Positions 36,752-49,439 of a DNA stretch of 64,000 nt are shown here, one piece after another. The stretch is from Felis catus (taxonomy: Eukaryota), in assembly GCF_018350175.1 (NCBI RefSeq), contig NC_058368.1:144586001-144650000 (forward strand), read 5' to 3'. The notes below the pieces were generated by a model. The model had not been told where the DNA came from and did not search any database. It saw only the letters and a program-made list of their open reading frames with translations. How positions within the stretch are numbered: the stretch's first letter is position 1; the number at the start of each line of letters is the position of its first letter. The position numbers and the translations under genes are program-made.

Positions 36752-39529
36752 AGAACAGATTTTGCTGCATCTCAAAGATTTTGGACCATTGTGTTTTCAT
36801 TTTCATTTGTCTCTCTGTATTTTTTTACTTCCTCTTTGATTTCTTGGTTGCCCCTTTCCTGTTTAGTGCCATGTTATTTAACCACTATGTATTTGGTTCT
36901 TTCTAGATGTTTTTCTTGTGGTTCATTTCTAATTTCATAGCTTTGTGGTCAGAGAAGATGCAGAGTATGACTTCAGCCTTTTTGAATTTGTTGAGACTTA
37001 TTTTGTGGCCTACTATGTGATCTTTGCTGGAGAATATTCCATGCGCACTTGAAAAGAGTGTGTATTCTGCTTTTTTAGGATAGAATGTTCTGAATATATC
37101 TGTTAGATCCATCTGGTCCTATGTGTCATTCAGAGCTGCTGTTTGTTGATTTTCTATTTGGATGATCTATCTATTGATATAGTGGGGTGTCACCTGCTCT
37201 TATTGTATTACTATCAATCACTTCCTTTATGTTTGTTATTAGCTGATTTATGTATTTTGGTGTTTCCATGTTGGCATAAATATTTACAATTGTTATATCT
37301 TGCTGGATTTTTTCCTTTTGATTATATAGTGTCATTCTTTGTCTCTTGTTACAGTCTTTGTTTTAAAGTCTGTTTTGTCTGATATAAAAATTGCTACCCT
37401 GGCTTTATTTTCACTTCTATTTCACTGATAAATGCTTTTCCATCCCTTCCCTTTTCACCTACATGTGTCTTTAGGTCTGAAATGAGTCCCTTGTAGGCAG
37501 CATATAGATGGATCTTGCCTTTTTATCCATTCTGTCACCCTACGTCTTTTTACTGGGGTGTTTAGTTCATTTACACTCCCAAGTAATTATTGACAAGTAT
37601 GTAATTATTGCCATTTTATTACTTGTTTTATAGTTGTTTTTGTAGTTCTTTTCTCTTACTTTCTTATCATTCTGTCTTCTCTCAGGGTTTGCTGGCTTTC
37701 TTTAGTTACATACTTGGATTCCTTTCTCTTTATTTTTTGCATGTGTATTACTGGTTTTCGATTTGTGGTTACCATTAGGTTTATATATAGCATCTTATGC
37801 ATCTAGCAGTCTATATTAAGTTAATGGTCATGTAAGTTTGAACCCATTCTTTACTCTTCTCCCCTCCTCCATGTTTTAGATATATGGTATCATATTTTGC
37901 ATCCTTTTGTGAATCCTTTGTCTGATTTTTAATAGATACACTAAATTTTACTCTGTGTGCATCCTACTTTTCTTACTTCTGCTAATGGTTTTTTTCTTTT
38001 CATTCCAAGAGTCCCCTTTAACATTTCTTGAAGGGCTGGTTTAGTGGTCATGAACTTCCTTAACTTTTGCTTCTCTAGGAAACTCATTATCTCTCCTTCT
38101 ATTTTGAATGATAGCCTTGCTGAATAGAGTATTCTTGGCTGTAGGTTTTTCCAGTCAGCCCTTTGAGTATTATCATGCCACTTCCCCTTATTTTCTGCTG
38201 AGAAATCAGATTATAGCCTTATGGGGTTTCCCTTATATGTAACTATTTACTTTCTTCTTGCTGCCTTAAAATTCCCTCTTTATCCCTACTGTTTGCCCTT
38301 TTTATTACTATGTTTCTTGGTGTGGACATCCTTGGGTTGATTTTATTGGGGGCTTATGTGCCTCCTGGATCTGGATTTCTGTTTCCTGGATTTGAGACGT
38401 TTTCAGCTGTTATTTCTTCAAATAAATTTTCTGCCCCCTTTTCTCTCTCTCTTCTCCTGGGATTCCTATAATGCAAACGCTATTATGTTTGATGTTGTCT
38501 CTGAGTTCCCTATGTCTATTTTAATTTTTATTTTTCTTTTTCCTCTCCAGTTCAGCTTGATTGGTTTCCATTATTCTGCCCTCCATGTTGCTGATCTGAT
38601 CTTCTGTTTCCTCTATTCTACTATTAATTCCCTCTACTGTATTTTTAATTTCAGTTATTCAGTTCTTCATCTATGATTGGTTCTTTTTTATGTTCTGTCT
38701 CTTTGTTGAAGGTCTCACTGAGATCCTCCACTCTCTCAAGTCCAGTGAGTTTCTTTATGACCATTACTTTGAATTCTCTATCAGGTATATTATTTGTCTC
38801 CATTTCATTTACCTCTCTTGCTGTGATTTTTCCTATTCTTTCATTTGGGACATATTCCTTTGTCTCCTCATTTTGTTAAACTCTATGTGTCTGTGTCTCT
38901 GTGTTAGGAAAGAGAGCCACATCTCTGCTTTTGAAAGTTGTGGTCTTATGAAAAAGAGGTCCTATAGTGCCCTGCAACACAATGTCCCGTGTTCACCAGA
39001 ACCTGCACTTGAGGGGTGTCTCCTATGTGTGTTTCATGCACCCTACTATTGTGGCTGAGCCACATTTGCCTTTAGTCCAACTGACTACAATGGCTCTCTT
39101 TGCCTGTTTTGGGCAGAATAGTCTCTTGTGTTGTTACTGAGCCGATCTGGGGCCATTTGGGGCTTGAGTTGAGTCAGAATAGGCATTTGCCAGAGCTACA
39201 GTAGCACTGAACTGTGGTGTGCCTTCCCTGTGTTGTCCCCTGAGAAGCTTTTGATAGTGAGCAGGGCCTACAGTCAGTCCGGATGTCTTCCCCCAGCCCC
39301 CCTGCTGGGACCATAGTTGGACTGGTGGGTGTGGTTATATTCCCCTCTTCCTAGGGCAAGAGTCACTTGAGAGCAGTGCTGGCCCTTGTTGGGGCTGCTT
39401 GTACATTGCCAGGTTTGTGGCACCACTTTGGATGGGCTCTGGCCAAGAGTGTACTGGGGGTGGGGGTGGGGAGGGGCAGGTTGTGTAGAACACAGGGGCA
39501 GGGCATGTGGTGTTAACAAGATTTGCACT

Positions 39530-40186
39530 TGGGAATGCAAGCTGGTGCAGCCACTCTGGAAAGCAGTATGGAGGTTCCTCAAAAAATTAAAAATAGAACT
39601 ACCCTACGACCCAGCAATTGCACTACTAGGCATTTATCCAAGGGATGCAGGTGTGCTGTTTCAAAGGGACACATGCACCCCCATGTTTATAGCAGCACTA
39701 TCAACAATAGCCAAAGTATGGAAAGAACCCGAATGTCCCTCGATGGATGAATGGATAAAGAAAATGTGGTATATATATATACAATGGAGTATTACTCAGC
39801 AATCAAAAAGAATGAAATCTTGCCATTTGCAACTACGTGGATGGAACTGGAGGGTTTTATGCTAAGTGAAATTAGTCAGAGAAAGACAAAAATCATATGA
39901 CTTCACTCATATGAGGACTTTAAGAGACAAAACAGATGAACATAAGGGAAGGGAAACAAAAATAATATGAAAACAGGGAGGGGGACCAAACAGAAGAGAC
40001 TCATAAATTTGCAGAACAAACTGAGGGTTATGGGAGGGGTTGTGGGAGGGAGGATGGGCTAAATGGATAAGGTGCACTAAGGAATCTACTCCTGAAATCA
40101 TTGTCGCACTATAGGCTAACTAATTTGGATGTAAATTTAAAACAATAAAAAATAAAATTAAAAAAAAATCAATATGAAAAAAAAAA
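39530..40186 (+). mobile_element. 5'-truncated younger feline L1 (L1_Fc-like) nested in the 5' UTR of the older L1
   Basis: ORF2p C-terminus [37 protein letters not shown]...MDEWIKKMW, then 3' UTR and poly(A). TSD aagatttgcact (39518-39529) / aagatttgtgct (40187-40198). Confidence 0.93.
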
Positions 40187-41419
40187 AAGATTTGTGCTGG
40201 TCTGCTCTGTGAGGAGACCTAGTACTGAGAGGGCGTGTCCACAGGAGAACACAGGCAGCAGGGCCTACTTTTAGCAACTTAGGTGTAGGGAGTGTTGGTG
40301 TTGCATTGGTTCCCACAGGTGTCCATGTGTCTAGGCTGTGGGGCAGTGGAGGGAATGGCATCCATCAGCTCCTTTGTCCCTGGAGAAGTCTCCCAAGGAT
40401 CTCTGCCCCTCCAGCATGGGCTTTGATATGAGTAAAGAAATTTCCCTTCTGTTTACCCCAAGCATTTTTCAAACTGCTACTTCTATGCTTTGTGTCCGAG
40501 GGGCTGCTTGTTGTGCTGTCTCTTTAAGGGCATGGACTCTGTTTCCTGCTGCCTTCCAGCTCTCCCAGAGTTGAGCCCACTGATTTTTAAAGTTCCAGGT
40601 GTTAAGCCCCACTGGTTGTAAGAACTCATGAAATTATGCCCCTCTGGCTTTCAAAGCCAAATGTCATGCGTATTTGTCTTCCCCATGCAGGTTCCCCATG
40701 GCAGGGGTGGCTGGTGTGAGTGTCTTGTTTCTTTCCCCTCTCCACACCCACAGTATCCCTCCCTCTGTGGACAGTCCATGGGTTTGTTTAACTTCTGACT
40801 GAGTCTCTGCCCTTCCTATCCTCTTTGATGTTGCCTCTTCTATACATTTAGCTGTGGGGAGCATGTTCTGCAAGTCTTTGGGTTGTTTTCTAGGCTATTT
40901 AGACTCATGTGGGTGTTATCTAGTTGTATCTGTGGGATGAGGTCAGCTTCGGGTCCTCCTACTCCACCATCTTCCCCAGTAGTCATTGCATTCACTGTAT
41001 TTTCAAAGGCCTCTTGGGTAATACTGGTTGTATTGTCAAGAAACTCTGGCATAAAGTATTCTATCTTAATTTGTGTTTTTTTAAATTGCTGTATTTTAGT
41101 TTTCAAACTGGTTCAACTTATTATTTCCAGTGAGCCTGTGTTACCTCTCAGTCTGCGGGCTGTTTCTTTCCTTCTTGCCTCTGCAGTAATCTTGAAAATC
41201 ATTTTGGTTACTTGGTGGCTTCACTTCCCCACTGACTCCTCAAATGCCTTCATTCTGCTTTGGCAGAAGTTACCATCACCCTGTTCACTGGCAGTATGTT
41301 CTTTCGCATTCCTGTGCCAGCACAGAAGCTGGTGACAGCAGCAGTGGGAGGGCTGCAGGTTACACAGCAATAAACAGGAGCACCTTGCATTCCTTGGGAC
41401 CAGGCACTCAGGTAGCGTG

Positions 41420-41600
41420 TTTTAGTGGGAAGAACCTGGGTTTTAGAATTGGATCATCTGGCCACAAGTTCTGTCTCTACTTTTACTATCTGTGACCTTA
41501 GGTGGCTGTTGGGCTTTCCTCATCTGTAAAAGCAAGGGATATGTTTTCTGGAATTGTGAGAACAGATATAATATACAAACATTCTCATAAGTTTTATTGT
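41420..41600 (+). mobile_element. MIR
   Basis: tactatctgtgaccttaggtggctgttgggctttcctcatctgtaaaa. Confidence 0.6.
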
Positions 41601-42051
41601 AAGTTCAGGATGTAATCATTCCTCTATGAATCTCGACAGCACACATTTTTAAAAATCCATAAAAACAATTCAGCTGACAGTTTTAGTTACTAATTTCCTT
41701 GAAAAATGAAAGCAAATGTAAGATATTGATTTTGCCATTCTTCATGTATTTTTTATCACAGACAGTAATAAACCTGCTGCGCTTCTCTTCCCCAGTCTAG
41801 AAAAAATATGGTGTTTTTTTCATTGTAATAGTTAATTGCACTCAGGGAAAATCTCAGGTTAATGTGAGTAAGGAGAAGAACTTAAAAACGGAAAGATAAG
41901 AACACACTTAAGAATAGGTAAAAGACAAAAAACAGAAACCACTCTGCAGCGTTTGTTCATTGTCTCATGCATGTCTTGCCAATAGAACCTTTGAGAAACT
42001 GCCCTTTCACACTCCTGGCTATGTACTTTGAGTGGGAGCTTACATTCCTGC

Positions 42052-42054
<3 letters not shown>

Positions 42055-42093
<39 letters not shown>
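42055..42093. repeat. (CA)n microsatellite
   Basis: About 19 perfect CA units. Confidence 0.95.
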
Positions 42094-42096
<3 letters not shown>

Positions 42097-42129
42097 GCAC
42101 ATCTCCCAGTCATCCCAGCCCTCTATCCT

Positions 42130-42511
42130 TCATCACCACAGTGATGAGTTCGAGGAAGGCATAGATCCACTTTGGGCCAGTGAAATACAAGGATTTGTTT
42201 GGGGCTTCTGGGATAGACATTTCTCTCTCTCTTCAGTGAAAGTTACTAGAAAGCACGCCCTCTCATTCCCTGGATGGTGTGATATGAGGTTGCAAGACTG
42301 GCAGGACCTTACCCATGTTTGCTACTTGCAAATGAAAAGGGAATGTAAGGCACTGAAGAGAAATGGACAGGGGCCAGGCTGACATCATGTGTCTCTGAAC
42401 TAAATGAATCTAGAACTATCTCCAGATATAAACAATAATTACTTTTTTAATCTAGGCGACTTCAGTTTAGGTGTTCTGTCCCTTTTGCAAACAAAAGATT
42501 GCTAACTAATA
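42130..42511 (+). mobile_element. Ancient LTR (MLT1K/LTR33-like) fragment
   Basis: 3' end ...cttcagtttaggtgttctgtcccttttgcaaacaaaagattgctaactaata. Confidence 0.45.
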
Positions 42512-42949
42512 TTCCATTAAAATGGAAGCAACTGAACATACAAATAGATTACTACGCCATCTGTCCTACTCTATACAGACTAAAGTTTAATTTCTGTAAT
42601 CATAGCTATTTTTCTAGATAATCTCTCAAGAATGAAACTGTGAGTTCATAGACTCAGTGAACACTGTTAGCATGATGTTCAGAGTAGTGTATGTGCAAAT
42701 CCCCTGCTTGTCTGCCTTTACCTCTTTTTTTCAGTATACTAGCTAAGTGATTTTGAACAAGTAACTAATCCTCTTCATGTCTAGGAAAATATTTTACATT
42801 TGGTTCAGTGTGCCATGGGGAGACATTAGAAGTACTTGTACTGGAGCAGTAACAAGTGAAAGTGATATTTAAGATGATTTTTGAAGAGAAAGGCAACTTG
42901 CTTATTTGCAGGGTTTCAATTTAGATATTTTTGTGTTTTACTTGTTTTG

Positions 42950-43075
42950 AGGCTGTCTTCCCCATTTACAGAACAAACTCCTTGAGATCAGGGACCACAT
43001 CTCTTGTTCACTGAGCACCTGCCCGATATCTGGAACACAGTAGATGCTCTGTAGCTATTGATTAATTGATTTAGA
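42950..43075 (+). mobile_element. L2 3' end
   Basis: aaactccttgagatcagggaccacatctcttgttcactgag...tctggaacacagtagatgctc. Confidence 0.7.
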
Positions 43076-43777
43076 GATGGAGGAAGAATAGACAGAATGA
43101 AAGAAGGAGGAATGTCTAGGAGATAGTAACTATTACACATGTGTCAAGAATCTAGATTTAGGATTGTGGCAGAAGAGTGGAGTTACAGGGATAATTTTGA
43201 CAGATGCTGTCAAAAAGTTAACAGTATTTGTTGACGGAATGGGAAAAGCAAAGGAGAGACAGAGAAGAGTGAGGTTTCCCACCTGAGAAGCTGAACCCGT
43301 GGTGATCTCATTAACTCAACGGGAAAGTTAACATGGGGAGGAGCTTGAGAGCAAGAAACATACATTTAATTCTTGGATGTATTTCTTATGAGGGTAGAAT
43401 GTGTGATTACTGTGGGAATATTTCATAAGGAGCTTGAAATGAAGGATTTGGGGGACATGTTGGACCTGGACATGTCAGGTTGGAGTACACAGAAAAACCA
43501 TGAAACAGAGTTATGTCCATGAGGGAGTGAGAACTGAATGGAGTCAGCTGGAGAACAGACCGAGAACTGAGAATGAGATAGTGGTAGACAAACTGGAGAA
43601 CTGGGCATGGAGTGGGGAGAGTATTTCATGACAGAAGCAAAAGGGGGACAGGAGGAGAAGAAATATCCTCTGCTTGTTCCTTCAGACATGGTTCAGATAA
43701 AGAACACAGTCATCCAGGATTTCTAGACAATTCCTGCAGATAGTTTAAACATAGTCTAATAATCAGATTGTCTAGAT

Positions 43778-44037
43778 CAGTCACTTTCAGACTTTTTTTA
43801 TTGCAACCTATTCTAAGAAATACATTTTGCGTTTTGACTCGGGACACACACACACACACACACGCGCGCGCACACAACTGATACAAAAGTTTCCCTCAAG
43901 AATACTCATTCTCCCTGTGCACAATCTCTTCAGTTAGTTTTCATCTGTTTCACTTTTTTTTTAATGCTAGTAACAGCCCACCAAACTGATTTCACTCCCC
44001 ATTAATAAGTCATGACCAGAAGTTTAAAAAGCAGTAG
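43778..44037 (+). mobile_element. MER112-like hAT-Charlie element with a (CA)n(CG)4 tract
   Basis: taagaaatacattttgc...cacacacaactgatacaaaagtttc...ttaatgctagtaacagcccaccaaactgatttcac...cagaagtttaaaaagcagt. Confidence 0.75.
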
Positions 44038-44319
44038 TCTATATAATGGTCACCTAGGAAAGAAACAATGAATTTGGAGAAAGAACACATTTTGAGAACA
44101 TTTTACTTCTAATTAGATAAAGGTTTTTGTTTACTATCCGTTACAATATGAAACATATATTTCTATAGTGGGGCCATTCTGTCAGCACTCCTCAAAATTT
44201 AAAAGAAAGAACAGGAATGTGCTTACTTCGCTAGCGTCTTCTGTTAAAGTTTTAAGTGTTGGTTTACCACCTTGCAAGAAAAACTTAAAGTCTAAACTTT
44301 GGATCTAATGAGTTGCAAT

Positions 44320-44620
44320 TAAAAGCACTCTGGGTTTGGAAACGGACAGACCTGGGCTCAAATTCTGATTCTGCTGCTTAATAACTATGACCTTTGCCAA
44401 GTTTCCCAACCTCTTGTATGTTCTGTTTCTTTATCCCCGAATGAGGATAACATTTGCCCCATTTGGTTGCTGTTGTTATTGAAGAAGCCACATTATTCAT
44501 GGTACTTTACCTAGTACTTGGGGGCACGCATTAAATGGTAATTATTATTATTGTCTTTGGTTGTGAAGGTTAAATTATAGGCCACTTGTAAAGCTCCTAG
44601 TACAGTACCTGGCACAAAGC
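44320..44620 (+). mobile_element. MIR fragments
   Basis: gacagacctgggctcaaattctgattctgctgcttaataactatgacctttgccaagtttcccaacctc. Confidence 0.75.
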
Positions 44621-44697
44621 AGCAATACGGTTATAATCCAAGAGCACAGAAATGTACAAACCAATTATATGACATGCTTTTTAGAATATTTGCTGGA

Positions 44698-44925
44698 GGG
44701 GCACCTGGGTGGCACAGATGGTTAAGCGTCCTACTCTTGATCTCGGTTCAGGTCATGATTTCACAGTTCCTGAGTTCAAGCCCCGCATTGGGCTCTGCAC
44801 TGATGGTGCGGAGCCTGCTTGGGATTCTGTCTCTCCTTCTCTCTGACCCACTCCTGCTTGTGCGCTCGCTTTGTCTCTCTCTCTCTCTCGAGATAAATAA
44901 ATAAACTTAAAAAATATTGAAAAGA
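44698..44925 (+). mobile_element. CanSINE
   Basis: TSD core atatttgctgg at 44686-44696 and 44929-44939. Confidence 0.93.
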
Positions 44926-46738
44926 ATGATATTTGCTGGGTAAGGCAAAGCACATCGATAACATTGATGTTATTGGGGAGATTGAGTTCCATTTGTTTAA
45001 AGTGAAAAAAGATGCATCACTGATACACTTTTCTTAATTCCCTCACTAATGTAACCATTAAAGTGATTAGAGTGCGTTTATTCAACAAGTCTAAATATAT
45101 TAAGACCTACAATGTCAGGTCCTGGAGATAAAAACCCAACAAGAAACAGTCCTAGATATATGATGAAGTAACCAATAGTGTTTACTTTTTCTCCCAGGCA
45201 GCCCTCCACCGTAGACCACTGATAGCAATATTATTTCTGTGCCTTTTGACTCTTTCTGATTCTACTCTGACTTGCTTCACTAATTCAGAAGGATGGCTTA
45301 AAGATGCTTTGTTGGAATTAATAAGAGCTCTGTGGTCCAGTTCTTGGTGATCTACTTTTGATGTTAAAATACTTCACCATGCTTAAGAATTCTTTTTCTT
45401 TTATAGTGTGTCCTCAGTAGCCTCAGGGTAGCTCTAACTGGCCTAGCTCATCATCAACCTATGTGTAATCTCACCATTATTTTACTTGCCTCTTACAAAG
45501 TAGGCAGTGAAGTTGGCTGAGTATCATATCATTTGAAGAATAAAATGAAACTGTCCTTTTTTCCCCTATTTTCAATGTCCTTGCCTCCCTCCCCACTACT
45601 TTATTGTATGTTCTGCTTGTGATGGATTTCGAACACGTGATCATCACGGTAATATGGTGAGAGCATGCCCTTAGTTCAGATATATAGCACTTGCAGACAC
45701 TTTCAGTTTCCATAGGGAGTGATGCAATTTTTATTAAGAAAAACAACTTCTGAGTGCCGGTGTGCAAAGCTGAAGGGCCTACAAAGATGCTTGAGATGAA
45801 ATCCCTTCACCAAGGAGTATATAGTTTAATAAGAGAGGTGTCACATCTACCAGTTGCTATACAGGATGGCATGACTCATGAGGCGTCTGGGGGAAGGACC
45901 ATAAAGTTGAATCTCATTCTGTATAGTGATTCTGCATAGTGATTTGGCTCTTATCACTTTTCCAGATGACTTTTGTTGCCCAAATTAGCCATTCTGACCA
46001 GTGCTTACAACTGAAAAAGAATATGCAAAAATTGGAAAGACAGCAATCTTGAGGTGATACTATTCTAGATATGTGTATTGGTAAAAGAAACTCTCCTGGT
46101 ATGTGTGGTTTCATTGTGCTATCACTCTTGACAATTGAAAGATGTGTAAAGCCCTGCAAAGATATGCTATTTCCTATTTCAAAAAATGCACAAGAACTCC
46201 TTGGGGCTAGATCTTTGATTCTAGGACAGAATGGCTTCCACATGGATGTTACCACCACTTAATTGTGTATGTAGTTCATACTTAAATTCAGAAATAAATA
46301 TTGCCCAAGCAGCTCCCGATTTATATGGTGGCTTGTGATAAGGAGAAAATCTGACGAGTTGTGTAAGATTGTTGTTCCGATCACATAGCTTCAAAGTCTG
46401 TGAAGATGGGGACACAGGCATATCTGATGACATGAGAACACATTAGAGCCCAGTTAAGGCATTAATTTCAGTTAATGAATAAACAGCCGTCCTTTTATAG
46501 AACTTGATCTATCAGGATTTGCTACAGGTATGCCCCTCAGAAAGATGGTTCATGTATCTGGTTTAGGGAATTTCTAAGTTGTTGCTGGCTTAAATAGAAG
46601 TAAGAGAGTATTTCTCTAAAAAATCAGTGACCTCAAGCAGTGAAAAAAGTTTTTCAGGAAGGAAGTTGATGTTCATCAAATCCTTACCGCTTTCACATAC
46701 ACTTACAACTAGCTTTCTGTTATAAGTATTTTGTGAGG

Positions 46739-47784
46739 AACCACAATGAGATACCGCCTCACACCCATTAGAATGGCTAAAATTAACAACTCAGGATACA
46801 ACAGGTGTTGGCGAGGATGTGGAGAAAGGGGAGCCCTTTTGCACTGCTGGTGGGAATGCAAACTGGTGCAGCCACTCTGGAAAACAGTATGGAGGTTCCT
46901 CAAAAAATTAAAAATAGAACTACCCTATGAACCAGCAATTGCACTGTTAGCAACTTAACCAGAGGATGCAAAATGCTGATTTGAAGGGGCACATGTACCC
47001 CAGTGTTGATAGCAGTGCTATCAACAGTAGCCACATTATAGAAAGAGCCTGAGGGTGCCTGGGTGGCTCAGTAGGTTAAGCTTCTGACTCTTGGTTTTGG
47101 CTCAGGTCACGATCTTATGTTTTCATGAGTTTGAGCCCTGCCCTGGGCTCTGTGCTGACAGTGTGAAGGCCTGATTGGGATTCTCTCTCTCTGCCCCTCC
47201 CCTGCTCATGCTGTTTCTGTATCTCTCAAAATAAGTACAAAAAATACAGAATAATATTCAATAAATACAATAAATACAAAAAATAAATTAAAAAAAAGAT
47301 AGAGCCCAAATGTCCATCAACTGATGAATGGAGTAAGAAGATGTGGTACATATATATACAATGGAATACTACTCAGTATGAAAATGAATGAAATTTTCCC
47401 ATTTGCAACAATGTGGATGGAAGTGGAGGGTATTATGCTAAGCAAAATAAGTCATAGAAAGACAGATACCATATGATTTCACTCATGTGGAATTTCAGAA
47501 ACTAAACAGATGAACATATGGGAAGGGAGGGAAAAATAAGATAAAAACAGAAGAGAGGCAAACCATAAGAGATTCTTAAAAATCAGAGAACAAACTGAGG
47601 GTTGCTGCAGGTAGAGGGGTGAGGAGGGTGGGGAAAATGGGTGATGGGCATTAAGGAGGACACTTTTCAGGATGAGCAATGGGTGTCATATGTAAGAGAT
47701 AAATCACTGGGTTTACTCCTGAAGCCAAGGCTACACTGTGTGTTAAGTAACTTGAATATAAATTTTTAAAAAAAGATTAAAAGA
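46739..47784 (+). mobile_element. 5'-truncated carnivore L1, split by a SINE
   Basis: ORF 46746-46958 [46 protein letters not shown] is the ORF2p CCHC region. 17-bp TSD ataagt(a/g)ttttgtgagg at 46722-46738 and 47785-47801. Confidence 0.93.
47052..47297 (+). mobile_element. CanSINE nested in L1
   Basis: TSD aga(a/t)agagcc. Confidence 0.9.
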
Positions 47785-47910
47785 ATAAGTGTTTTGTGAG
47801 GGACACTGGATCAAGGGGATGGATGGATGAAGCCAGCTATAGGTGAGAACATAATTATAATAAATATTATTTTGCTGAGTGCCCTGTTTTACAAGAAGTA
47901 TTTAATTTTT

Positions 47911-47950
47911 CTAAATTAGAGAGAGAGTACATGAGTGGGGAAGGGGGGGG

Positions 47951-47981
<31 letters not shown>

Positions 47982-48353
47982 GAGAGAGAATCTTAAGCAG
48001 GTTCCATGCTCAATGCAGAGCCTGATGCAGGGCTTGATCCCACAACCCTGAGATCATGACCTGAGCTGAAATCAAGAGTCCATCGCTCAAAAAATCTGAG
48101 CCATGCTGGTGTCACATTATTTAATTTTTTAAGTTTATTTTTATTTATTTTGAGAGAGAGCAGGGGAGGGGCAGAAGGAAAGAGAGACTGAGACTCCTAA
48201 GCAAGCTCTGCACTGTCAGTGCAGAGCCTGACACGGGGTTCCATCCCACAGCTGTGAGATCATGACTCTTGAGCCAAACCAAGTCATGAGCCATGACTCA
48301 TGAGCCAAAACCAAGAGTCGGATGCTTAACCATTTGAACCACCCAGGTGCCCC
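47911..48353 (-). mobile_element. Two tandem CanSINEs (about 47911-48115 and 48130-48353) within a MIR
   Basis: Target motif tatttaattttt at 47899, 48118 and 48358. The MIR core aggaaactgagccacaaacaggttgagtaatttgccc follows. Confidence 0.9.
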
Positions 48354-49439
48354 AAATTATTTAATTTTTAAAACGACTCTATGTGGTTTCTTCTGCTCAT
48401 TTTAGAAGTTAGGAAACTGAGCCACAAACAGGTTGAGTAATTTGCCCCGGACTTTACTTCTTGTCCATCCTGGACCATATTAGGGATGGCCTGCCCTGTG
48501 AAGGCTGTAGTAGAATGTGTGTCTTTGGAGCCTTCCCTCCCTCACTGGTTCTCAGAATTCCTGCAGCACCTGGAAGGGTGGTCCTGCCTGCAGCTGGTCC
48601 TTCCATCCTAGTCATCTTTACTGCTAGCTGTGGATTGTTCCAGCTGCACCGACTGAATACGCGTTGTTGAAGATTGCATACGGGAGTACCTGGTTGCTTT
48701 CCAAGAGACTGTTGAGTACTGCAAGTGGCAGCAGGTAATGAGCTCTGAGCAGCGGAGACAATGAGAACGTACCTAGCTGTGATCTCCATAGAAAAGATAA
48801 ATAACATGGTTATTAGAAGGAGTTAGGAAGAACATCCAAGCAGTATAATCAAATCCTAACCTAACTGATGATAGAGGTTGAGATTTGAATTTATGGAAAT
48901 ATTGGAAATTTGATAAAGAAAATCCCTTAAGTGGCCTTTTAATGTATGACACTAAATAACTTGGAGAGCAGAAGAATGTTCCTTGCCTTTCTTGTCTATC
49001 TTCAACATAGACTACCCTGTCCACTCACACCTGACACAGACGCAAAGAGACCAGTAGGGATAGACGTTTTTTCCAAAATACATTAAGGTAGTAGCAACTC
49101 TGTTAAAATGGCTTGTCTTTGTTAACATTTCACCTTGATTTTTATCTTTGTGTCCCACCCTTGCTCTTATCTTTCACCCATTCTTTTCTCATCTCACTGA
49201 TAGACCATCCTTATACCTATATATGCAGGTGAGGGACTCTGCCTCATCACCCTTTTTCAGTGTTCAAAGAACTTTTGACTTTCATCCTCCAGCATGATAG
49301 TGCCTTATGATTTCCCAGCTCTCCAGTTGAATTCTCTGTTTTAGTTACTTAGAGCCTTCTCATCAACTTTCCTCATTCCCCATACCATTTCCTATCCTTT
49401 TCATCTGACTTTTCTTTACAAATAACAAATATATCCTCA

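Larger units (their letters stand above)
32825..40986 (-). mobile_element. Near full-length decayed carnivore L1 (5' UTR, ORF1, ORF2, 3' UTR) with nested insertions
   Basis: Perfect 18-bp TSD tgcattcactgtattttc at 32807-32824 and 40987-41004. ORF2p remnants appear in order on the minus strand: endonuclease MDLTDIFRTFYPKKAEYTLFSSAHG (37112), [19 protein letters not shown] (34648), and the C-terminus (34000, 33546). 5' end ggggaagatggtggagtagg at about 40977. Confidence 0.93.

Noticed and set aside
39386..39865. Longest ORF (159 aa)
   Set aside because: It is a chance fusion of antisense L1 5' UTR with the ORF2p C-terminus of a nested L1, and it starts at TTG.
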